Below, piece by piece: positions 23,850 to 35,898 of a stretch of 64,000 nt of DNA. Origin of the DNA: Flectonema sp. DT1601. Lineage: Eukaryota. The stretch spans positions 1,240,001 through 1,304,000 of the forward strand of contig OZ025780.1 in assembly GCA_964019425.1 (NCBI GenBank), read 5' to 3'. The notes beneath the pieces were generated by a model, which made no database searches, was not told the DNA's origin, and was given only the letters and a program-made list of their open reading frames with translations. Made by a program: the position numbers and the translations under genes. The number at the start of each line of letters is the position of its first letter. Position 1 is the first letter of the stretch.

Positions 23850-24950
23850 CGTAATTAACCTGTAAAACAAATAATTGAAAAGAATTCTCTCTCTCAAGAT
23901 GTTTATTTAAATACAACTAACCACTTTCAACATTAATATATTCTCATCTTTATGGTATTGCTCTAATTTATAAAGTAAATATTAATTACAGATTTATCAC
24001 TTAATTTGTTAATTTCTGTCTCATCTTCTCACACGTGCTGCGACTATTCTACCAAAAGGATTTACGGGGGAGCGGCGGGTAAAATCGACGGTTGGGGGCA
24101 GAGGGGAAGGCAAACAGTTAGTGAGACTGCTGAAAAAAAAACAAGGAAGGGGGAATAAAAAGCAGACAAACAGAATTATCCTCCCGAGAAAATCTCACCT
24201 TCTGATGAATTGATAATGAGAAATCATTTCATTTTAAAAGAGAAAGCTACAACAAAAAAAAAAAAAAAAAAAAAAAAACTTTTTAATCGCATTGCTCAGT
24301 GATTGAGCTTTTCTTTGATAACTTCTTCACAACTGTTCTCAATCTCGAAGACTTCGGCTATAAATCAATAGAACATTAACAGTAAAGTGCTAATTATTTT
24401 TTTCTACACTTGTCTATTATAAAAACGAAATAAATAAATAAATAAATAAATTGGGCGATGAAATGAAAAAAAACTTAAACCCAAAAACAAGTCGATCTGC
24501 GACTCGCAGAGAGATTCACAAAGAGAGCAAATAGATTCCACAAAGGAACGTCTTTTTTTTTTTTTTTTTTTCCTTCTTCGCCTCAACACTTTTCAACAAA
24601 AAATCAGGTATCGATGTTTTGTTGGAATTCTATATTTACTTCGTATGGCGAGAAAGAACAGCAAACATTTGGTTTTTTTTTTTTTTTTTTTTTAATTTTA
24701 GAAAAATTAAAAATACATTGGGAAAACAGAATAAAACAAAATTAAAAAAAAGCAACACAACAACACATACAACAAGATTTATCTTAATTCAGTTGCTTAA
24801 AAATAATAAATTCAAGCAATTAGACCCCATTCGTATCCAATTTCATGAATACAAATTTGTCATTAATGCTTTGCAGAACAAGTACTTCACTGCTTCGGAA
24901 TCCAAGCGGAAGAAAACTTGATCACAAACATTAACATAAAACAACATCCA

Positions 24951-25126
24951 TTATTTATTTATTTATTTACGAAGCCTAGGAAGCCAAAAGCCAGGAAAAG
25001 CTCACAGAGTAACAGTTATATCGCTACCAGCAACCGTGAGACTCTCACAGACGATAAGAGACGTAGAATAACCTGGAACATGACTACCTAAACCCACCGT
25101 CCACGCTAGCAGACAGTGTTAGAGAC
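24951..25126 (-). mobile_element. SINE-like or non-LTR 3' fragment with (TAAA)n tail, copy 1
   Basis: Near-identical to 49587-49773; ends in TAAA repeats on the minus strand; diverged copy at ~49014-49093. Confidence 0.7.
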
Positions 25127-25726
25127 ATAGACATTCTGTAAAAGCTACTGAAAAAACAATCATCCAACAAAAGAGTTAAGATAAAGAGAACTCGGTCATC
25201 AGCTTTGTGATTTGGGGGGGGGCCGATACCAAAGACATCATCTTTATTCAGAATTATTTGTGATTATTATTATTATCATTTTTATTTTTTGGAAAATCAG
25301 AGAGGAAATATCGAAAAAAAACCAGGCTCACAGGGTCAGCCAACAAAAACCGCACAGCTGAGAGACTCCACCGGTGATGAAAATAATACTTCTCAAAAGT
25401 AAATGATTACCAGAATTGAGGCAAACAGTTGTCAGAGGCCGATAAAGCCGAGAATAAAACGACTAAAGGTGCACAAGTAATATCGGAATAGCATCCAAAC
25501 TCTAAGCGAATAACGCCAGGTATAATTTTTCCTCCTCCAAAAAAAAAAAATATAATTTGGGAATCAAAAAAAGGCAAAGTGAACAACACAAGACCGTGCG
25601 ACAGGACAAATTGCCATTGCAATTGCATTTATTCAAATGTGGCTTTGAGATTACCGACAGTACGTACACAAATAAAATCCATTCAACCACAAGCGTGAAC
25701 GAAGAGAGTTGACCTTAACTCAGCAC

Positions 25727-25824
25727 TGCTTTGTTTTTTTCAAGCAGTATCCTCACTGCCTAAAACCCTCCACAGAATGGAAGCTAATAAGGCGGAAGAT
25801 AACTTGAAAGAGGGAAACAAAGCA
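25727..25824 (+). ncRNA. Conserved-arm hairpin, copy 1 (miRNA-precursor-like; strand uncertain)
   Basis: Arms ttcaagcagtatcctcactgcc / ggcggaagataacttgaa; basal stem tgctttgttt/aaacaaagca. Confidence 0.6.
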
Positions 25825-26050
25825 CTTGCCAGTACTGGGATTGTAAATATGGTACATATAAAAATCGGTAACAAAAAAAGGAAATACCGCAAAGGGGCGT
25901 ATCATATTATTTTTTTTTTTATGCGAAAGACACGATTCAAGAAGGGGAAAAAAAAAAACTACCTATTTTCGTTTCCCTCTCTTCTTTTTTTTTTTTTTTT
26001 TGTTTTTTTTTTTTCGTTGGTCAGGGTGATAGCTACCAAACAGCTCTATA

Positions 26051-26121
26051 TTTTCAAGCAGTATCCTCGGTCACGCGATTCTCATCAGTGATTCGAATCT
26101 GGGCGGAAGACAACTTGAAGA
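26051..26121 (+). ncRNA. Conserved-arm hairpin, copy 2
   Basis: Arms ttttcaagcagtatcctcggtc / gggcggaagacaacttgaaga; loop stem gattc/gaatc. Confidence 0.55.
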
Positions 26122-26572
26122 GAACTTTTTTAAAATAAAATAAAAATTATTAAAGACAAGGAGATAATAGTTTTGATAAGAATACAGATTCCATTCCACA
26201 AAAAGTATTAAAAAAATAGACTTGATTGCGAACTTATAAAAGGTTTCTTCTCTCTTCTCTTCTTTCTTTGTTTTTTTTAGTTTGCTTGAAAGCTTATCCA
26301 GTTCTCCACTGCCAAGTCTCATTACGCAAGTCAACAGTAAGACCCGAGGCATTGTGAACACTCCTTTTTAGTACAAAAGAGAAAGGGAACAAAAAAAAAA
26401 AAAAAAAAAAAAAAAAACTAACCGCATTCTCTTACCATATCTCTCTTTGCTGTGGACAAATGTTCGATTGATATTCCATTCTGCAGAGAGTAAAAAGAAA
26501 AATAGATTCCTTAACGTGTACTTTGATTGGGGTTTCATTCTTTCGTTCTTTTTTGTTGCTTGTAAGCTTACC

Positions 26573-26652
26573 CCCTTTCAGGCAGTATCCTCACTGTCCG
26601 GGTATCATAGAACTAGTTGAAATCAATCAGGGCGGAAGATAACTTGAAAGGG
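26573..26652 (+). ncRNA. Conserved-arm hairpin, copy 3
   Basis: Arms ccctttcaggcagtatcctcactgtcc / gggcggaagataacttgaaaggg; an A>G change gives a G-U pair on the + strand. Confidence 0.6.
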
Positions 26653-26727
26653 ATATTTCGCTGTCTTTGTTGTAGTACACAATTTGAACCATAGTTTTAT
26701 TTGGTTGAATACGTGTATGAACAAAAG

Positions 26728-26758
<31 letters not shown>

Positions 26759-26824
26759 TTTTTTTTCCCCCCTCATTCTTTCTGTTAATAATTTTTCGTT
26801 GAATTTTGCCTTGCAATATTATTA

Positions 26825-26891
26825 CCTCACTCAAGCAGTATCCTCACTGACGCAGTGAGCCACTAGGCCGGAAGATAACTTGAAAGTGAGG
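26825..26891 (+). ncRNA. Conserved-arm hairpin, copy 4
   Basis: Arms cctcac-tcaagcagtatcctcactg / ggccggaagataacttga-aa-gtgagg. Confidence 0.55.
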
Positions 26892-29134
26892 ATAAAAAAA
26901 AGAGGGGGGTAGAAAACGAAAGAAACTTATCTGTTAATAAAAAAAAAATGCTACTGCTACTATTGCAGGTGTTAAATAGCTGCCAAGTGTAAGACTTGAC
27001 AAGCAATACGTATCAAAACTCTGTCCTATTTTTTTTTTTGTCACTGCGATTCTAATTATTTTAGGACATATCGCCTTCTCATGTCGCCTGAGTATGTTAG
27101 TGGAAAAAGATCACGTACATGTGGGAAGAAAAGCGAAATTCGGTCACTGTTCCATTTATTTATGTTATGTTATTTTTTTTTTTCTTTCTTTTTCTTTAGA
27201 ATTCACCTAAGACTCTATAGTCGCATGATATCCGACTTATTTTCCGAGATAGATGTCACGCGACTGACAAACAACGAAGGGAAACACGGACGCTCCACGA
27301 AGGTAACATCGCATACCTATAACCTCTTTATTTTTTTCACAAATAAAAGACTATTAGATAGGAGTACTTTCAGAACTGCAGAGGGTCCTATCTGTCAGTG
27401 GTGTAAATTAAAATGAAGCAGTTGCTCACATACCAGATAATTGGACACGCAGCGATAGGGGGGGGTATCCGAGAAACCTTTCTCAGGAACAGGAATATAT
27501 TGTCCTAACACAGATTGAGTGTGCCCCTCCCAATAAAAAGAAAATAATAATAATAAATAAAAACAGTAACAATAACAAGAGTCGCGCAGTTATTTCGCAT
27601 CTTCCTCGGCAACATTTTCTTCATTCGCGAAACCCCGTTCGGGACAATTGGAAAATTGATTGTTTTCAACTATTGTCACGCTAAGGAACGCTGATCAATC
27701 AGACTTCCTTCAGAACATAAACAAAAACACCACACCTTAGTGCTATTTATTGCTACATAAACAAAGTCTACTTTTTTTAAGTACGCTAATCAACTTCGTT
27801 GGTGACAATTGCTGCTTCCTTAGCAAAACAACACCTTCAACAGGATAATACGTTTCCTAACGATAGTTTGTAACATACATATTGTCTTCCTCGCATAAAA
27901 AGGAGACTTTCTTCACGGCGAAGTGTATTAAGGACTAACAGAACAGAGTAATTTCAAGGCACAGATTGAGCCAGCGACAATGTTTCTTGTTTTTTTTTTC
28001 TTTCTGTATCATAGTGGTGTTTTTTTCAAAAAACAAAAAGGGTGCGGGAGAATTGTTAGCTTGATACTACGCAGCTATTCAGTTGTGTTGGTTGTGCATA
28101 AGAAATCAACAGAGGCTTTTTGCACTGTCGATATTCTTTTTTTTTTTTTTTTTTGATTACTCCATCACAAGAAAATAATGGGGGAAAAAGATATTTAAAA
28201 AAAAAAAAAAAAAAAAAAACCAAACGCGCAAAGAAACAAATAGCCGCAAGGGGACAACATGAGAACGGGTGCTACTGCAGTCAAATGGTAACTGCGTGTC
28301 GCTGTAGAAACTTAATCACCACCAGGCTTCTATATTCAAGTCCGCCAAGCATGTTTTCCATTCCATCGTTTGCCGTTTAGATAGCCGTATATCGACAAGA
28401 CTTTGTGTAGTGTTAGCGGAAATACTTTAGCAAAAACAACAGACAATTGTCACATCGCGGCCTTTTAGTGCCCCGCATAGTTGAGGCAAGGCGGTTGATA
28501 AAATAAATACCCAACACTACCTTTTGTGCTTGATTAGAGAAAATTGTTTGCAAAAAAAAAAAAAAAGATCGTGTGTGAAAACAAATTAGGGGAATGGGGG
28601 ACCTTTCCGGTAATAAAAAATTATTTTCCACTTTTTTTTTATTCAAACGTATGCTACTAGGATCATTGAAGCGTGCTTAATTAGCCAACAGTTGCAGCAC
28701 ATGACATGTCCCCCTCTCGAAAAAATCAGAGCATTATACATCGCGGAAGAGACGAAATAAAAGGGGACTTCCCTCAACTAGTCTAGTAGAGACAAGAAAA
28801 AAAAAATAACGAAAAAGGCCACAGCACAAAGGTAAATTGATACTTTTTTTTTTGCTTACAGTGAAAGGAAAAATAAAAGAACTGGTAGCGACAGCGTAGC
28901 TGGACGCTACGTGAACTTAGTTGAACAGTTTTATTTTGCACATGAAACCCCAATCCAGGAACCAGGGAAGTATCGTGTAATAAGAAAACTGATACAACAT
29001 TATTTTATTTGTTTTGTAGTTATTTATTTTCGTTTTTTCTCTTGGAAATGCAACAAAAAAAAAAAAAAAAAAAATGCTATTAATTTTACTAGTCGTGTGC
29101 GGTTGCCATATTATTTGTTTTTCGCCTTATCACA

Positions 29135-29248
29135 CAGTCAGGGGGGTTAACTGTTTGATTTTGTACGTAAAATACAAATGTATTGTATCATAAACAACAT
29201 AACGATAATTTAACATTAGTTTTAGATACAGTGACTAGGTGTGATGCG
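29135..29248. repeat. Dispersed repeat, copy 2
   Basis: Matches 1071-1155; its tail (aacgataattt..gatacagtgact..gatgc) also resembles ~12394-12448. Confidence 0.8.
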
Positions 29249-29324
29249 TCAGTCAGGGGGGTGAAGAGAAACAAAAAAAAAAAAAAAAAAAAAAAAAAAG
29301 GAGAAACAAAAAAAAAAAAGCTAC

Positions 29325-30500
29325 TACCATAATCGTAAGAAAAACCTTTTTAGGGTGAACAATCACTCAAATAAAAAAACGGGAAAATAGGAAAGACTCG
29401 AGGAAAGAGTGGAAAAAAGACTTTCTGACGCACAGAACATGTGAGTTCCGTGTTGGTGCAGAGGGAGAGGAACCCAAAAAAAATCAATTAATCCCGTAAA
29501 GGAATAGCGAGCATGACAACCCGCAACACCATTACCAAGAGAATAAATACAAAGGGCGAAGGGTCAATTGATACTTATTGTGAGAAGGAGGGGGGAGCCG
29601 AAAACAACAGTAAAAAAAAAAGGGGTGTTTGCTATCAACTAATTCCTTCGTTATTCTTTAAAGGGAAGCAGAAAGAGAACTTTTCTTTGAACTTAGAAAG
29701 TATCATTAATCTTAGTTAGTTAGTTCGTTAGCAAAATACAGAACTGATGACTACGAGGGGTCTGGGTAGCCCGCATCAGTAAGGACCCAATCGCGAAGAT
29801 TGTAGTTTTATGGCTTCGGCTGGAAGTGATGACTCCCAGCTCCCACCTTTCCCAGAGGCTAACAGGTTGAAAACAACTAAAGAAATAAAAGATAAATGAT
29901 CCAGGAGTGGGGTAAGGTGAAAAAAATAATAAATCTTTTTTATTCCATACACAGCATCTTTCTTGATAATACGACCATATGTGCCATATGCCCACATTCC
30001 ACGAAAGAAAATAGAAAACCCCGGAACAGTACCGAGGATCGTTCACCCCCAGTTGTCCAAAGCATTATAATTGTACTGTGGGCTTACCGAAAAGCTTTAT
30101 AAAAGTACCACAATAATTGGGCAGCATATAGCTTTATCACTCAGCAAGAAATGAAACAAAAGGATCAGGTAAGATGACAGTCAGTTTAAGGTCATAACTG
30201 CGTCGGACCTTTAGGAAGTTGCCGCATTACTACTATACCTAAAAGCCCCTTGTTTGAGAAGAAAGTATCCGCGGGGAGCCCGCATCTGCATCAGAGCGAT
30301 CCCCAAAGGTGATAATTAATAATTGAAAGGCAACACCGTACTGAATTAGAGTATGTTTATTGGTTTATCGTATGAGACATCTTAAAAAGAAGATCAATCA
30401 CCACGATTATGATGACAACAAGCAGGTCTTTGGGAAAGCTGCAAGGAGGGGAAAGTAATTAAAAGATCCAAAACGAGAATGAAAAAACTTTTTTTAAAAG
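29325..30500 (-). mobile_element. Degenerate dispersed repeat, possibly an LTR-retrotransposon integrase remnant
   Basis: Collinear diverged blocks shared with ~51770-52210 (aatcgtaagaaaaacctttt; tttaggaagttgccg; gataattaataattg..ggcaacaccgtactgaat; aagaagatcaatcaccacga); broken minus frames read FGKP, VGIWHIWS.Y and WESSLPA, loosely integrase-like. Confidence 0.4.
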
Positions 30501-32015
30501 AAAAGAATAAACCCTTTGTCAAGGTAAACCAGCACAAGGACAAAACGCATGCCACTACTCGAAACAACTTAGGTGCTTCACTTTACTTTTTTTTTTTTTT
30601 TTTTTGCGGAATTTGTGTTTGCGAGAAATAAATCAGAAACAAACATGAAAAAAGAGGGAAAAAAAAAAAAAAAAACAAGGAAAGAACGTGAAAACACTCG
30701 CCTGTGTGATTTGAGTGCCACCAGTACAAAGCGTGATAACGGCCGCCTTCCCTAATATCAATGGGATTAACATTCACTCAGAAGGAAAACCTTTTTTTTT
30801 TTTTTTAAAACCGCAATAAAATAGGAATCAAAGACTAATCGATCGAAAGATCACCCGAGAGTCATCCAGTTTCGGCATCATGTTGGACAACTACAAGGGA
30901 GATATACCGTAGCACTCACGTACTGGAAACAAGAATTCTTTGTACTGAATCCTTGGTACTTGCTAATTACATTATTCGCTAGAAAAAACACTCAACCGAC
31001 TACAGCGGCTTACATACAACAATTGGCCACTATGCTGTAACACAAGAAATCATGATCGTCTGTGGGGACTTAGGGGGGGACATTAACAAACCGAAACAAA
31101 AGAAGAAGAACATTTCCGAATCAAGTCCAAAAGCTGATAGGTGGTACGTTGTATAACCTGCATCAAAGCTGTGTAGAAATTCCTTCGGTCAACCAGATAT
31201 AAATCAAGCTAATACTGGCCAACAACAACAACATAAAAAAAAAAAAACTATTATTATTTTTTTTTTCTAAAGATGCACATATCACAATATCAACACTTAG
31301 TATAAAAAAAAGAAAACAAAATAAAAAAAAACAAGAAGAAATCAATTTACCGTGAGAAGGGGATCCAGTGGAACAAACACCTGCTGGTGGGCCACTAAAC
31401 AAAATCAACATAATTTCTCAAAGGTATAGTTCCACTATGGCCAAGCGAACCCGATGTTCTTGCCGCCTCGTAAGAGAAAATAATAAGAGGCTTATTCTAA
31501 GTTAGAACATAAGTAAACTAAAATATAAAAAAGTCACTGTAGAATACGTAGTTTCAGGCCTTAATCTTTTTACTACTTGTCCCCTCTTACGCTGTCATCA
31601 AATTATTCAGTTCAAGTTATCTATTAAGAACGACTTGTTTTCCCTAAGTGCCAACGAGAAAGATCCTTAGGAGTTAAAAGCCTAGCTATTGTCTGTGCAG
31701 TAAATACGTCGCCGCAATAACAATATAGAAAGACCGAAATCAAAACAAGAGGATGAAATTTCCGATGCATCATAATTGAACGAACGGTAATGAGAAACTT
31801 GCTTCCTTCTCGTTCTATTAATAGGAGAAGACTACACGCAGTCGGAGAATAACTAACTTGCGATGTTTTTATTTAAAAACAAAATCTTTATAATTTACAG
31901 AGAGTTTAACTGCAGCCACAGTCAAACTGTTTTCTGGTCTCAACTGTGTGGGCAGAACACAACGTGGAATTCATGTCACACAACTCAATTAGAAGCCAAC
32001 AAGACTAGTATTTAC

Positions 32016-32909
32016 TTACCAAGAACCGAAGATGTAGCTCATGGCACTGGACTTTGTTTCTGAAATTTCTGTGTCGTCGCTGGCTGAAGGTCGGAGGAAC
32101 TGATCCGTCTCTTCATCAGTAAATATTGTAGACATTGCCTGAGGGATTGATAGAAGTGGTAGTGTTTGTGCTCTTGTTGGTTCTGGTTCAAATGAAGGAA
32201 CCCAACCACAGTCGACAGATGTGAGAGATGATGCAGAAGCAGGAGCAAAACAAGACATATAAGGATTAATAACACTTTTAATTTCTGATTGAATAGAACT
32301 CGTCGTCAGCCCTGGAGATTCTTGAGCACCTCCCTGAGCAGGTTGTTGCTGCGTTGGATGGGTCTCGTCAATTTGAGTTTCTTCAGGTGCGGCAAAACCT
32401 TCCTCTTCCTCTTCATATTCTTCCTCGTGGTCATCATCGTCACCCTCACCAGCTTTTAAAGCAGCCATTTGCTTCTGAAATTTAGCCAATTTCTTACCCT
32501 TTGATTTTGTTGGTAATCCTTCCATAAAAAAACGTGAAGTTCCCTGCAAGTCTTCCTGGTGGACTCCAACCAGAACTTGTTTTCCAAATTTTTGATATCT
32601 TTCAACTATTGTTGACTTCTTCCTCCTGACGTGAAGTCTCGGACAGTCAGTAGCTGTGCAGCAATTATGCAAGAATTCCATACATCTGCTCACACCGTTA
32701 CTGGGTAATCTCCATTTTTCTTGGCAAACTGTGCATCGCAGAACTTTAAATCCTTTTCTTGTTCTGACGTCATCCCACTCGTTGTGATTGCAGGGCTTTG
32801 GCTCTGCTTGTAATTCATCGCCGTCCGATGTCTCCAAAGGTGGTAAATCGTTTTCATCTCCGCTGCCAACTCCATTCGGTTTCTTGGTCACGATATCGGT
32901 TGCGGACAT
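32016..32909 (-). CDS. Zinc-finger protein (CxHxxWDxxR...LRCxxCQxxW module plus CCCH-type finger)
   Basis: CNHNEWDDVRTRKGFKVLRCTVCQEKW followed by CMEFLHNCCTATDCPRLH; likely start MSATD at 32909 after a long pyrimidine tract. Confidence 0.85.
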   Translation of the reverse strand: MSATDIVTKKPNGVGSGDENDLPPLETSDGDELQAEPKPCNHNEWDDVRTRKGFKVLRCTVCQEKWRLPSNGVSRCMEFLHNCCTATDCPRLHVRRKKSTIVERYQKFGKQVLVGVHQEDLQGTSRFFMEGLPTKSKGKKLAKFQKQMAALKAGEGDDDDHEEEYEEEEEGFAAPEETQIDETHPTQQQPAQGGAQESPGLTTSSIQSEIKSVINPYMSCFAPASASSLTSVDCGWVPSFEPEPTRAQTLPLLSIPQAMSTIFTDEETDQFLRPSASDDTEISETKSSAMSYIFGSW

Positions 32910-32943
32910 TATTTTTTTTTTTAAAAAAAAAATACACAACAAC

Positions 32944-32982
<39 letters not shown>

Positions 32983-33533
32983 AACACGTATGCTGTAGAG
33001 GAAATGAAAATATAAAAAAAAAAAAGTTAACCAACAGACGACGAAGGCAATCCAAAAAAAAAAAAAACTCCTAAATTATTTTTTCAAATCGGATTCAACG
33101 GGAATAAATAATGATTTATAAATAATTAAGTGATAGAGATACATTTTGATGCTACTAACTTATGTCAGCCAGGGTTTGAACGTAGCTGTACCTTTGCCAT
33201 GATCAATATGCATCAGTAATTCAAAAAAATAAAAACAAACGGATAAGAAGAAAAATAAGCAAGATCTCAATCGAGCCTTTGGCCGCGAAGAGATTATATA
33301 AAACTGCAGGTAATCACTAACTTCACACTAGAAGATTTGAAAATAATTAATCATAAGTTTCTAGTAGAATGCTCATTTTGAGTGAAATCAGAAGAATGCT
33401 TGCAAGATTATACTACCGGGAAAGAAAAAAAAAAGAAACTAATAAAGACAGAACACGGTATTGACTCCACACAAAAATGGTTAGGTTGACTTGAGTTTCA
33501 CTACCCAAAGATACACATACGTAAAATAGTATT

Positions 33534-34400
33534 CTACTCCCTCTTTGTCTTTTTATTTCCTCCGTATGATTTCACGTAGAAATTTCCGAAGAGGATAAGC
33601 ATTGTAGTCATATACACCATCTGTTTTAGTTTTGTTTTTGATAACTATTTTTTACAAAATTTGAAATGTAAAACCATAAAATAACAAACCTGAAGTACAC
33701 TCAAGTAATCTGGCCATCCACAGTGGAAGTAAAGACTGGCAGCTGACTGAGAGAAGATGCAGATGAATTGAAGCAGTTGAAGAGATGTGAGCATCGATTT
33801 CCAAGGTGCCGATACACCAAAGGTGGTGACAAAGTAGTGCGAGTACATCAACACGTGAACGAACGAATTGAATGCCACAGGCAGGTAGTCATCACCACCT
33901 CTAGTATAACGAAGGTAGAGCCAGACCACAGCGCTAATTGAAGCATGATGGTAAACGTGGAGGAATGATACCTGAACAAACTTCTTTCTTAAGATCATAA
34001 TGAAAGTGTCAGTAAATTCAAAAAATTTTGATAAGTAAAAAATGTAAACCGCCAAGCGAATCTTCGGAACTACTTTCTGCCCGTCGTTGTTGCAAACAAA
34101 TCCAAACTCAGATCCCAACTCCTCAATCGTTCCAGCAATAACAAGGTAGAGTGAACTAGCACTGAGAATTACACAAATCAGATTATATATTGCACGAAAC
34201 CACTTTAAATCAAATGCAGGTACTGACTCGCTCTTCATCACAACACATCCAACAAGTACAAAAACAACATATAAAGCATTCATACCAATCATTTCATGCG
34301 GCTCCATTAGTGGACCATCTGCCGGGATGACAGCAGCCTTCTCATATTCATCGATGAGTACATTTAATGGATCAAAGCCCAATCCCCGAATAACATCCAT
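33534..34400 (-). CDS. ELO/GNS1-SUR4 fatty acid elongase (2 exons, ~265 aa)
   Basis: KFFEFTDT, LHVYHH, NSFVHVLMYSHY and TSLQLLQF motifs; intron 33689-33621; last exon MVYMTTMLILFGNFYVKSYGGNKKTKRE. Confidence 0.93.
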
Positions 34401-34546
34401 AGTTTTATTTATGTAAAGGATTTACTGGGGTTAAGTTAAATTATATTAAAAGAGGGAAAAGTGAAAATATTTAACATCGCAAAGGAAAACATTAGAAAAA
34501 TAAAATATCAATAAGGAATGTGTAAATAGAACTTTAAAAAAGTTAA

Positions 34547-35722
34547 TCACCCTCTAATGTGTTTCTTTGAAATTATGTGACCAACATCTTCTATAATTGT
34601 GTATATAATGTCACGTGTAGATTTTGATGTTGCCAACGGGTATGAACTGCCCACAGGAAGTGGGGCATACGGATGGTCGACGTTGTCAACAAAGTACGAA
34701 TGAAAATCGCTAAAAAGAGACGTCTGAAGTGGATAGTTCGGGATTAATGAATCTTTTTCTGATAAGGCATCAGTAAGAGCGTTTGATATCACCCTCATGG
34801 GTTTACCTGTATACAATCGAGTTACTATTGTTAATGGTGGTGGAGATAGTGGCGTTGATGAACGAATAAGACCACACACAGTTTCCTTATACTTCCACAA
34901 CGATTCGTATGATAATAGAAATGCAGTCCCCATGACTACCCCCGCCGCTCCCAATAGAAGGGATGATAAGACAGAACGGGAGTCCATTATACCTCCGGCA
35001 GCTAGGACTGGTATTTTTAAGTTTTCAACTAATGTTGGTATCAAAGTCATTAAACCAGTTGATTTACAATGTCCTGAATCAGATAAGAATGTTGACCGTT
35101 CTCCTGCAGCTTCAATCCCTTGAGCGATCACTAAATCTACTCCGAAATTCTCCAACGTCAAAGCTTCAGCTAACGTTGTTGCTGTTCCACATACAATTGT
35201 ACCATTTCGTTTTAGGTCGTCAATGAACCACGTCGGTGGTATTCCAAATGTGAATGACAAAAACGAAATTTTAAATTCCGAAACCATCGATGAAAGCAAC
35301 TTCCAATCAACTCTTCTCGGTATGGTATTTGCTTCAATATTTTCAGGAAGATTGCTGAGTTCACAAATGTTTAATTCTTTACGAAACGGTTTTAAAAGCT
35401 CTCTTACAAGAGGCATTCGACAAGCTGATGATAAAGCAGGTTTCGATGTCGTTTCTAGTTGGGTTACGTTGTCTTCTCCTGAGTCGTCGAAAACGTGGAT
35501 GTTAATCCCAAACGGCTTTGACGTGTACATTCTGATCGTGTTGATTACTTCCTTAAGCTCTTCTCTTTCCATTCCGTAGCCTAAGGGATATATACCCATA
35601 CCTCCTGCTTCACTCGCTGCCGCTACCATTTCAGGACTCGTCGCTCCTTTCATCGGACCGACTATTATCGGAACTTTTATTTTTAATTTTAAAGAGAATT
35701 CAGTTTGATACCAATTCTTCAT
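34547..35722 (-). CDS. Nitronate monooxygenase / 2-nitropropane dioxygenase family flavoprotein
   Basis: PIIVGPM, AAASEAGGMG, KPFGINI, SFTFGIP, IAQGIEA, IPVLAAGGIMD and GVVMGTAFL motifs; likely start MKNWY at 35722. Confidence 0.9.
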   Translation of the reverse strand: MKNWYQTEFSLKLKIKVPIIVGPMKGATSPEMVAAASEAGGMGIYPLGYGMEREELKEVINTIRMYTSKPFGINIHVFDDSGEDNVTQLETTSKPALSSACRMPLVRELLKPFRKELNICELSNLPENIEANTIPRRVDWKLLSSMVSEFKISFLSFTFGIPPTWFIDDLKRNGTIVCGTATTLAEALTLENFGVDLVIAQGIEAAGERSTFLSDSGHCKSTGLMTLIPTLVENLKIPVLAAGGIMDSRSVLSSLLLGAAGVVMGTAFLLSYESLWKYKETVCGLIRSSTPLSPPPLTIVTRLYTGKPMRVISNALTDALSEKDSLIPNYPLQTSLFSDFHSYFVDNVDHPYAPLPVGSSYPLATSKSTRDIIYTIIEDVGHIISKKHIRG

Positions 35723-35898
35723 CTTATCAACAAGTATATTCCTAATAATAAAGTAATTGTGACTACAGACTGACGTATTCGAAGAGGAGTCACACAACAA
35801 ACAGAACATAAAATAAGATTTATTGACTTAATTAAAAAATAACAAATTTTTCAGGCAAAAAAAATCATGTGTAAAATGTACATCCTTGATAAAGGAGG

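Noticed and set aside
25739..25808. HDV-like ribozyme or snoRNA reading of the hairpin cassettes (CAG-UAUCCUCA-CUG resembles P3/L3)
   Set aside because: No P1 partner, no conserved catalytic C before the closing stem, and P3 is broken in copy 2; no consistent C/D or ACA/AGA boxes.
25739..26885. CRISPR-like repeat-spacer array
   Set aside because: The cassettes are hundreds of bases apart and have two different complementary arms rather than direct repeats; no cas genes; eukaryotic context.
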